A stretch of DNA of 64,000 nucleotides from an uncultured bacterium. Lineage in GTDB: Bacteria; Patescibacteriota; Minisyncoccia; Phycocordibacterales; UBA9973. A program made the translations under genes and the position numbers. The notes beneath the pieces are model-generated. The model worked only from the letters and a program-made list of their open reading frames with translations. It had not been told where the DNA came from and did no database searches. The DNA lies in contig CAITGV010000005.1 in NCBI GenBank assembly GCA_903892035.1, positions 41,011 to 105,010 of the forward strand, read 5' to 3'. Shown piece by piece: positions 44,812 to 53,757 of this stretch (positions within the stretch are counted from its first letter, which is position 1; each line of letters starts with the position of its first letter).

Positions 44812-46394
44812 TATTCGTTATTCTTTAATTTCGCAATTTCTTCTTTTAATTCTATCATCTTCAATTCACGGTCAATCATATATTTATTGATTTGACGTAA
44901 TTCAGTATTTATTTCTTCCATTTTTCTACTATTCTCAATTTCAACTGTAATATCTCGCCCAACGGCAAAAAGGCTACTTCCTTGGGGTGAAACGTTCCAC
45001 TGGAGCCACACGTATGAACCACTTTTTGTTCGAAAACGATTTTTGAAATCTACAGTCTTTTCACCTTGAGACAACTTACCTATTATTTTTTCAGTTTCAG
45101 CAATATCATCTGGATGAATAAAACTCAAAAAAGTATTTTTTAGTAATTCTTCTTCGGTAAAACCTAAAATGCTCATAAATTTAGGATTTATTCTTTTAAA
45201 ATATTTATCTGTATTTGCAACACACATCAAGTCTATAGCAGTATTGAAAAATGCATCTAGCTCAGCAGATTTCTCCATTATTTCTTTTTCAATAATTTTC
45301 AAATTACTAATATCCTCTTCTGTACCTATGTAACCCCGAATATTTTTCTCTTTATCCAAGATTGGTGCAATATGTGCAATTGCATAATATATTTCTCCAT
45401 TTTTTCTCCTATTTATAATTTCTCCTTGAAAAGCTTCTCCTGATAATTTTTGCTTCCAAAAATTTACATAAAAATTTTGATTCATCATACCCCCCCAAAG
45501 ACGTGGCGTATTTCCTAAAATTTCTTGATGTGAATAACCTGTAATATTTTCTGTGGCTTTATTTGCAAAAAGTACAACTCCATTTGCATCTGTAATCACA
45601 GTATGGTTTGTTGAATTTTGAATTGCTTCAGCAAAAATATTGTTTTCTTTCAATTGTCTTTTTACTTCCTCTGGAGTCAAATTATTTTTGGGAGTAGGAT
45701 AAAAGTTCTCAAAAAACATATTCGATTTTGAAATACCACCTATTTCAAGCTCGGTATATACAAAATCTACCATTCCCTGTGGTCCTGCAATCCACCATTC
45801 TCCCGAAGAAAATTCGGATGAAATTTTACTTACATTATTCCATGAAAAATTTTCATAAGATATTACGTAATCAAAAAATTTGTTTTTCTTTTTTAATAAC
45901 TTTAATTCTTCAATAAAAGGAGTTGATTCAGGACTATTATTTAAATAAACTAAAAAACATTTTGTTTTAAATTTTCTCTTTGATATTGTTTCTACTAATT
46001 GCAAAAATGCAGCTATACCGATACCCCCTGCAATCATCACAATATGATTTGGTAAGTGGTCCTCGGATACTATAAAGCTGTCGCCAAAAGGCCCGTGGAC
46101 TATTACGTCGTCACCAGCTTCTAGGGCAAATAAACTTTGTTTGTATCCACTTTCGCTTATTCTAGCGATTATTTCTATTGTATTGTCGGCACTAATATTA
46201 TTAAAAATAGAAAATGCTCTTCTGTTTCCGTGAGCATCTTCTATTTTCATATTTGGAATTTCTATCCAAATATATTGCCATGGCAAGAATGAAAAATTTT
46301 CATTTACCTTAATAGTAATTTTTTTTACTCCCTTTGCCAATATTTCAAAATTCAATACTTTTGCATTGAACTTTTTTTGCATAAAGTTCTCCAT
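44811..46394 (-). CDS. Ferredoxin-reductase-like FAD/NAD(P)-binding domain fused to tandem PAS domains and a C-terminal coiled-coil (no kinase or output domain)
   Basis: The N-terminal ~235 aa carry an FNR-type FAD-binding motif (RAFSIF, i.e. RxYS) and a nucleotide-binding motif (MIAGGIGIAAF). Two PAS domains follow (..ITDANGVVLFANKATENITGYS.., ..IDLMCVANTDKYFKRINPKFMSILGFT..). The stop overlaps the HK start. Confidence 0.65.
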   Translation of the reverse strand: MENFMQKKFNAKVLNFEILAKGVKKITIKVNENFSFLPWQYIWIEIPNMKIEDAHGNRRAFSIFNNISADNTIEIIARISESGYKQSLFALEAGDDVIVHGPFGDSFIVSEDHLPNHIVMIAGGIGIAAFLQLVETISKRKFKTKCFLVYLNNSPESTPFIEELKLLKKKNKFFDYVISYENFSWNNVSKISSEFSSGEWWIAGPQGMVDFVYTELEIGGISKSNMFFENFYPTPKNNLTPEEVKRQLKENNIFAEAIQNSTNHTVITDANGVVLFANKATENITGYSHQEILGNTPRLWGGMMNQNFYVNFWKQKLSGEAFQGEIINRRKNGEIYYAIAHIAPILDKEKNIRGYIGTEEDISNLKIIEKEIMEKSAELDAFFNTAIDLMCVANTDKYFKRINPKFMSILGFTEEELLKNTFLSFIHPDDIAETEKIIGKLSQGEKTVDFKNRFRTKSGSYVWLQWNVSPQGSSLFAVGRDITVEIENSRKMEEINTELRQINKYMIDRELKMIELKEEIAKLKNNE

Positions 46395-46426
46395 TTACGA
46401 TATATATTATATCATAAATTTTTTTG

Positions 46427-46497
46427 CTGGGAGACAGGGAATCGAACCCCGATTAAAGGCTTCAAAGGCCTCTGTCCTACCGTTAGACGATCTCCCA
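46427..46497 (-). tRNA. tRNA-Gln (anticodon TTG)
   Basis: Manually folded cloverleaf: U1:A72 acceptor (UGGGAGA/UCUCCCA, typical of bacterial tRNA-Gln), D-arm GUCU-AACGGUA-GGAC, anticodon stem GAGGC/GCCUU with loop CUUUGAA, T-arm CGGGG-UUCGAUU-CCCUG, discriminator G. Confidence 0.8.
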
Positions 46498-46508
46498 ATA
46501 TTTAAACT

Positions 46509-47570
46509 TTATTTATCTTGCCCTAAAATGCGAATCAAAGCAAGCTCTAAGGGAAGTTCTGCAATAAAAGCACTACGGTTGTCATTGTAAGCTTGTAGCA
46601 ATTCCAAGAGTGCTCCTGACGTGATTTTCCCTCCCTTTTCTGCTAGCATTGTCTTATAAAATGCCATTTCAGTTTCATTTGAATTATCGGCAACGAGTTT
46701 TTTCATCTCAGGAGCATAGCGCAAAAGTAAAAGCTGGCGCATTTTGTGAATTACAAGCTTTGTAAACAATTTCATATCTACATTGTCCGCCGATGCTTGA
46801 GACACCGTCGAAAGCCCTAATGGTAAATCCCCTTTTGCAATTGATGATACAACTTCGTTTATCAAAGTATCGCGTGGTGCACCTGTGATGACTTCGATAT
46901 CTTCCCGAGTAATTTTTTCCGCCCGCCCTGAGGAATTCGAAGGGTTATTCGAAATATTTGAAACTTTTTGCAAAACTCCAAGAGCATCACGGAAAGATCC
47001 ATCTGCAAGAATTGCAATCAATTCTGCTCCAGATTTATCGAGAGAAATTTTTTCTTTCTTTGCGACAGTTAAAACAGTCTCGGAAATGACAGCCTCACTC
47101 GGTTTTTTCAAAACGAAACTCTGACAACGCGAAACAATTGTTTCTGGAACTTTTTCAAATTCTGTCGTAGCGAGAATAAAAATCACATGCGCCGGAGGCT
47201 CTTCGAGAGTTTTCAAAAGCGCATTGAATGCTTCTTTTGTTAGCATGTGCACTTCGTCAATAATATAAACTTTATATTTTGAATCGAAAGGCAAAGTACG
47301 CACTCCTTCGCGTAGTTCGCGAATATCATCAATTCCTCTATTTGAAGCTGCGTCTATTTCGTAAATATCATTTGCACTTGTGCCAAGCTCTGTCGCTATG
47401 ATTCGAGCAATTGTCGTCTTGCCAATTCCCCTTCCACCTGTAAAAAGGTAAGCGTGAGCGACTTTTCCACTTGCAAGCGATGCAGTCAAAATTTTGACCA
47501 CATGCTCCTGCCCCACCACATCGGCAAATTTACTTGGTCGGTATTTTCTATATAATGCAATTTCTGACAT
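46509..47570 (-). CDS. dnaX: DNA polymerase III subunit gamma/tau (short form, clamp-loader ATPase)
   Basis: 353 aa AAA+ protein with Walker A GGRGIGKTT, Walker B DEVHML and the SRC motif region VSRCQ. Confidence 0.8.
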   Translation of the reverse strand: MSEIALYRKYRPSKFADVVGQEHVVKILTASLASGKVAHAYLFTGGRGIGKTTIARIIATELGTSANDIYEIDAASNRGIDDIRELREGVRTLPFDSKYKVYIIDEVHMLTKEAFNALLKTLEEPPAHVIFILATTEFEKVPETIVSRCQSFVLKKPSEAVISETVLTVAKKEKISLDKSGAELIAILADGSFRDALGVLQKVSNISNNPSNSSGRAEKITREDIEVITGAPRDTLINEVVSSIAKGDLPLGLSTVSQASADNVDMKLFTKLVIHKMRQLLLLRYAPEMKKLVADNSNETEMAFYKTMLAEKGGKITSGALLELLQAYNDNRSAFIAELPLELALIRILGQDK

Positions 47571-47639
47571 CTCGTGATTATAGCAGAATTGTGATTAAAT
47601 TTAAATGGTGTTTTTTATACAATAATATATAATCAATTT

Positions 47640-47942
47640 ATGGATTTTCCAGAAAAAGGATTTTATGTTCACTATAAACACGACCCGAGTGGTGAGGCGG
47701 ACAATTATACTTACGAAGTTGTAGGAATTGGCAGAAATACTGAAGATAAAAGTTATACTGTTTTATACCGACCACTATACGAAAGTACCTTTATGCCTCC
47801 TGCAGATCTTCAATCCCGCCCGCTCGAAATGTTTTTCGAAAATGTAGAAAAGGACGGCCAAACCCTCCCCCGCTTCCAAAAAATCACCGACCCCACCCAA
47901 ATCACCCACCTCACCGAAGTACGCAATAAAATGTATAAATAA
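47640..47942 (+). CDS. DUF1653 domain protein
   Basis: 100 aa. GFYVHYKHDPSGEADNYTYEVVGIGRNTEDKSYTVLYRPLYE matches the DUF1653 core. Confidence 0.6.
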   Translation: MDFPEKGFYVHYKHDPSGEADNYTYEVVGIGRNTEDKSYTVLYRPLYESTFMPPADLQSRPLEMFFENVEKDGQTLPRFQKITDPTQITHLTEVRNKMYK

Positions 47943-47953
47943 ATATTAATTTT

Positions 47954-49456
<1,503 letters not shown>

Positions 49457-49490
49457 CTATTCTACAAAAATCCCCCCTTTTTGTCAAAAA

Positions 49491-50600
49491 TTAAATTTTA
49501 GCAAGAAATTCTTCTACTATTCTCTCTACGTCGGAAGCAGTTTCGGCAGATTCCATTAATTTCACGCGGAGTTCTTTGGCTCCATCGAAATTGTTTACAT
49601 ACGCTTTGTAATGTTTTTTCATTATGGCGAAATTTTTTGATCCACCCAATATTTCTTCAAAAAGTTTTGTGTGTTCTACCATGACACCAAGTTTCTCTCG
49701 GAGCGAAGGAGTGTAAAATTTTTCTTTTGAGAGAGCTCGGGAGTCGCGACGGCGACGGACAGAGAAAATTTTTAGCAAAAAATTTTCGTGTCTTAAAGAA
49801 GAGGAATTTTGCGCTCCGTTGTCTGGCAACGCATTTGCGTGTAAATTACTAAACAACCACGGGTTACCGAAAATGGCTCGGCCGAGCATCACGCCATCAC
49901 AACCAGTTTGTTTTATTTTTTTCCTTCCATCTTCCAAATCTTTCACATCACCATTTCCAATTATTAAAGTCTCCTTCCCCATCTTGTCGCGTATTGCGAC
50001 GGCTTCTTTCACATGCTCCCACCTTGCAGGCACGAGAGACATTTCTTTTCTAGTGCGCGCATGCACAGTGAGTACGGCAATATCTTCAGAAAGTATTTCA
50101 GGAATCCATTCATCGAGTGTCACTTTATTGTAACCCACGCGTGTTTTCACCGACACAGGAATATTTTTTCCTGCATCCTCCACTCCTTGCTTTACAGCTC
50201 TTATAATTTCCCGCGCATGATTTGCATCTTTTATATGCGCAGCGCCTGCACCTTGTTTTTCAATAGTCTTGTCGGGACAACCCATATTTATATCAACTCC
50301 ATCAAAACCGAGTTCTGCAATAAATTTCGCAGCACCGCGCATATTTTCGACATTACTTCCAAATATTTGCGCGACTATCGGTCGCTCGGCTTCAGTATAC
50401 ATAAGGTCTACCATCAATTTCTCTCTGCCAGCAGGATGCATCAAACCATCAGCAGACACAAATTCTGTCCACATCACATCGGACTTACCGTATTTTGCTA
50501 TAAGCCTGCGAAAAGCCGCGTCTGTGACGTCGGCCATCGGAGCAAGACAAAAAATGCCTTTGCCCTCTTTTGCTAAATTTTCCCAAAATCCTTTATTCAT
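49491..50600 (-). CDS. dus: tRNA-dihydrouridine synthase
   Basis: 369 aa with an FMN-binding TIM barrel (..LAPMADVTDAAFR.., ..VDINMGCP..) and a C-terminal helical tRNA-binding domain. Confidence 0.85.
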   Translation of the reverse strand: MNKGFWENLAKEGKGIFCLAPMADVTDAAFRRLIAKYGKSDVMWTEFVSADGLMHPAGREKLMVDLMYTEAERPIVAQIFGSNVENMRGAAKFIAELGFDGVDINMGCPDKTIEKQGAGAAHIKDANHAREIIRAVKQGVEDAGKNIPVSVKTRVGYNKVTLDEWIPEILSEDIAVLTVHARTRKEMSLVPARWEHVKEAVAIRDKMGKETLIIGNGDVKDLEDGRKKIKQTGCDGVMLGRAIFGNPWLFSNLHANALPDNGAQNSSSLRHENFLLKIFSVRRRRDSRALSKEKFYTPSLREKLGVMVEHTKLFEEILGGSKNFAIMKKHYKAYVNNFDGAKELRVKLMESAETASDVERIVEEFLAKI

Positions 50601-51481
50601 TACTTTGTAAACTTATACACTACTTTGCTATTGAAACGCAAATCGATATAAAGTAATTGTGAAAGTTTAGTTTTAAATTCTGTTGCAAAAGGTTCTGCTT
50701 TCAGTGCAGATGAAAGATTTGATGCAATTTTATCAATAATATTTTCATTATTAAAAATAATTTTTGGCGCATTGTAACTTCTATCACCATCTGAAATTAG
50801 CATTTCATAGGTACCATCACCTTTTATATAAACTCCAAATGTATGAATTTTCATAGTATCAAGAAAATTTTTAAATTGCACAATATTTTCAAAAATATTT
50901 CTTTCAGCAATTTTTTGTGTAACTGGATTTCCTGTATCAATATTTCCTTCACTTCCATAAAAAGTAAAATACACATCGCCAGAAAAAGATGGGGCTCTAT
51001 CGAAAATATAACCAGTACTGTCTAAATAGTAGCAACTTTCTTCAGCAATTTTTTTTGAAATATCGTCGGTAGAATTTCCACACCATAAATAACGCCCCGA
51101 TCTTTCACTTACAACTATTGAAATTGACTTCAAATCTTTTCTATAAACTTTCACATCTAGAAGCCGAGGAAATTGTTTATGTAAATCACTAATTATTTTA
51201 TTTTTGGAAAGTAGAAAAATATTTGTTTTTGGAAAAAGAAAATATTTTCCAGACAAATCTTTTTGTACTACATTCATTATACCTTTCGTCTCGACAATAT
51301 TATTTCCAGAAATCGATATACTAGCTACATTTATATTTTTGATTCTTGAAATAAAAACAAAAATTTCAAAAATTAATATAAAGCATAAAAAAACTAAAAG
51401 GATTTTATTTCGTCCCTTCACTTTTCTTTCACGCTGGACTTTCTCCATCTGCGGTGAATTTAATACTTCGCGTCTTTTCAT
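50600..51481 (-). CDS. ftsQ: Cell division protein FtsQ/DivIB-like (POTRA domain)
   Basis: 293 aa with a basic cytoplasmic N-terminus, one TM helix and a POTRA-like segment (IASISISGNNIVETKGIMNVV..). It shares an ATGA overlap with serS. Confidence 0.55.
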   Translation of the reverse strand: MKRREVLNSPQMEKVQRERKVKGRNKILLVFLCFILIFEIFVFISRIKNINVASISISGNNIVETKGIMNVVQKDLSGKYFLFPKTNIFLLSKNKIISDLHKQFPRLLDVKVYRKDLKSISIVVSERSGRYLWCGNSTDDISKKIAEESCYYLDSTGYIFDRAPSFSGDVYFTFYGSEGNIDTGNPVTQKIAERNIFENIVQFKNFLDTMKIHTFGVYIKGDGTYEMLISDGDRSYNAPKIIFNNENIIDKIASNLSSALKAEPFATEFKTKLSQLLYIDLRFNSKVVYKFTK

Positions 51482-52743
51482 TTTTCTATTTTATCAAAAC
51501 CTATATAAGGTCGTAGAACTTCGGGTATCAAAATACTTCCGTCTTCTTGCTGATTATTCTCAATGAGTGAAATGAGAATACGAGGAGTTGCTACCGCTGT
51601 ATTGTTTAGAGAATGAGCATAACGCAATTTGCCGTCTGTATCTTTATAACGAATATTTAATCGACGAGTTTGGAAATCGTGGAAATACGATGCTGAATGA
51701 GTTTCTCGATATTTCTCCATTGATGGAACCCAGACTTCAATATCATATTTTTTTGCTTGTCCAAGGCCCAAATCCCCTCCGCAATTTAATACTATGCGGT
51801 ATGGAAGATTTAATGATTGCAAAAGCTCTTCGACATTTGCTGTAATTTCTTCGTGAAATTTCACAGAAGTTTCGTGACTAGCTTCGGTAAGAATAACTTG
51901 TTCCAATTTATAAAATTCATGAACTCGAAAAAGTCCTTTTACATCTTTGCCGTGTGAGCCGGCTTCGCGACGAAAACATGTAGAAAATGATGCAAATTTA
52001 AGTGGCAATTTTTCTTTTTCAATTACCTCACCAGAATAATATGCCATCGTTGCTACTTCAGATGTGCCTGCGAGATAATCACTGTCTTGAGTTTTATATA
52101 AATCTTCTTCACCTTGTGGTAAATATCCTGTACCAAAAAGTGTCGCGCGATTTACAAGCGAAGGAACGATCATTGGTGAAAAACCTTTTTTCACAAGAGC
52201 ATCCATAAAATATCTCCACAAAGCCATTTCCAAAAGTGCTCCAGCATTTTTTAAAAAATATCCACGAAAGCCTGCAACCTTTGTTCCTCTTTCAAAATCT
52301 GCCAAATCAAGAGCCGTCATAAGTTCGACGTGATCCTTTGGTGTAAAAGTGAAATTTGTTTTTTCTCCCCAAACTTTATATTCAACATTTTCTTCATCGC
52401 TCGCTCCGTCTGGGACAGAAATATCGGGGACATTTGGCACGGTAAGCATTATTTCTTGCCACTTTTTCATTATTTCTTTCCACTCTTCGTCTTTGACATT
52501 CATATCTTCTTTGACGATTTTCATTTCTTCAATCATTTGATTGCGAGCAATTGTATCATGTTCAATACTTATACGGCGAGACATTTCATTTTGCTCAGCA
52601 CGAATGGCCTCAATTTGTTTCAAAAGTTCTAGGCGTCTATCATCGAGCGCAATTAAGGCTTCGATGTCTATATCGATGTGCTTTTTTGTTGCACCGGCTA
52701 TAACGATGTCTTTATTTTCCCGTATAAATTTAATGTCTAACAT
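51478..52743 (-). CDS. serS: Serine--tRNA ligase
   Basis: It has an N-terminal coiled-coil arm and a class II core (motif 2 ..FRREAGSHGKDVKGLFRVHEF.., motif 3 ..GGDLGLGQAKKYDIEVW..). The ORF extends to 52785, but MLDIKFIREN at 52743 is the likely start. Confidence 0.9.
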   Translation of the reverse strand: MLDIKFIRENKDIVIAGATKKHIDIDIEALIALDDRRLELLKQIEAIRAEQNEMSRRISIEHDTIARNQMIEEMKIVKEDMNVKDEEWKEIMKKWQEIMLTVPNVPDISVPDGASDEENVEYKVWGEKTNFTFTPKDHVELMTALDLADFERGTKVAGFRGYFLKNAGALLEMALWRYFMDALVKKGFSPMIVPSLVNRATLFGTGYLPQGEEDLYKTQDSDYLAGTSEVATMAYYSGEVIEKEKLPLKFASFSTCFRREAGSHGKDVKGLFRVHEFYKLEQVILTEASHETSVKFHEEITANVEELLQSLNLPYRIVLNCGGDLGLGQAKKYDIEVWVPSMEKYRETHSASYFHDFQTRRLNIRYKDTDGKLRYAHSLNNTAVATPRILISLIENNQQEDGSILIPEVLRPYIGFDKIEK

Positions 52744-52777
52744 ACGCCTATTATACAAAAAGTGGTAGAATATACAA

Positions 52778-53644
52778 ATGGACATTCATTCTATTCGAGA
52801 ATTGGATCCAAAACTTGTCCCCGAATCACTTTTTGAAATTCCTCAACCGCCGAAAACACTTTTTATTCGTGGCAATTTTCCTGACAAAGAAAAAATATTT
52901 CTCTGTGTTGTCGGATCTAGAAAATTTACATCATACGGCAGAGATGCGTGTGAAAAACTCATCGAGGGTCTGCGGGGCTACCCTGTCGTCATAGTTTCTG
53001 GTCTTGCGATGGGTATCGACTCAATTGCGCATAAAAAAGCGATGGAAGTCGGGCTCACGACACTCGCTTTCCCGGGAAGTGGACTAATGGATAAAGTAAT
53101 TTTTCCTACATCAAATGTACCACTTGCTAGAAAAATTGTTGAAAGTGGTGGCGCAATTATTTCTGAATTTCCAAATGATTTCAAAGCGACACTCTATAGT
53201 TTTCCTCAACGCAATCGTATAATGGCAGGCATTTCAAAAGCTGTACTTATTATTGAAGCTGAAGAAAAATCTGGCACTCTCATCACAGCTCGCCTTGCTG
53301 TAGAATACAATCGCGACGTTCTCGTCGTGCCGGGTTCTATAAATTCTCCAACATCAAAAGGCACAAACCGCCTCATTCGCCAGGGAGCGACACCCATTAC
53401 AAATAGTGATGAACTTCTTGAAGCATTAGGTTTTGAAGTTGATAATAAAAAAATGGTTCAGCAAGAACTTTTTAATTGTACAGATGATGAGAAAAAAGTT
53501 CTTGAAATTTTGCGTGAACCTTTTGCACGCGATGAATTAATTCGATTGTTAAAAAAGCCGACGCACGAAGCAAATGCCCTGCTTTCGATAATGGAAATAA
53601 AAGGATTGATCAAAGAAGAACTTGGAGAAATTAGAAAAGTGTAG
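52778..53644 (+). CDS. dprA: DNA processing protein DprA (Smf)
   Basis: 288 aa with a Rossmann-like DprA domain (..VVGSRKFTSYG.., ..VIVSGLAMGIDSIAHK.., ..GTLITARLA..) and a C-terminal wH-like extension. dprA-topA adjacency is common in bacteria. Confidence 0.85.
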   Translation: MDIHSIRELDPKLVPESLFEIPQPPKTLFIRGNFPDKEKIFLCVVGSRKFTSYGRDACEKLIEGLRGYPVVIVSGLAMGIDSIAHKKAMEVGLTTLAFPGSGLMDKVIFPTSNVPLARKIVESGGAIISEFPNDFKATLYSFPQRNRIMAGISKAVLIIEAEEKSGTLITARLAVEYNRDVLVVPGSINSPTSKGTNRLIRQGATPITNSDELLEALGFEVDNKKMVQQELFNCTDDEKKVLEILREPFARDELIRLLKKPTHEANALLSIMEIKGLIKEELGEIRKV

Positions 53645-53656
53645 TATTAATGTAAG

Positions 53657-53730
53657 GGTTCGGGAAAATGCTTTTTAAAATAGTCTGGGGATTGTTTCCG
53701 AGGACTTTTTAAAAAGCATTTTCCCGAACC
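53657..53730 (+). repeat. Long hairpin, copy 1: perfect 24-bp outer stem (GGTTCGGGAAAATGCTTTTTAAAA / TTTTAAAAAGCATTTTCCCGAACC), AGTC/GACT inner stem and a 17-nt loop TGGGGATTGTTTCCGAG
   Basis: Read directly. It starts 12 nt after the dprA stop. Its loop and inner stem are shared with copy 2 at 57580-57648, while the outer stems differ in sequence. Confidence 0.8.
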
Positions 53731-53757
53731 TGAACAAATATTGCGATTCCTAAATTT

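Noticed and set aside
51478-51481. Alternative genetic code (UGA reassigned, as in some CPR lineages)
   Set aside because: serS ends with TGA inside the ATGA overlap with the ftsQ start, and long ORFs (carB 1080 aa, topA 766 aa) are intact under code 11. So the standard code with TGA as a stop applies.
53657-53730. Reading the two long hairpins as ordinary rho-independent terminators
   Set aside because: Neither copy is followed by a U-tract on either strand, the stems are far longer (16-24 bp) than typical terminators, and the 17-nt loop is sequence-conserved. They are retained as an unexplained element family.
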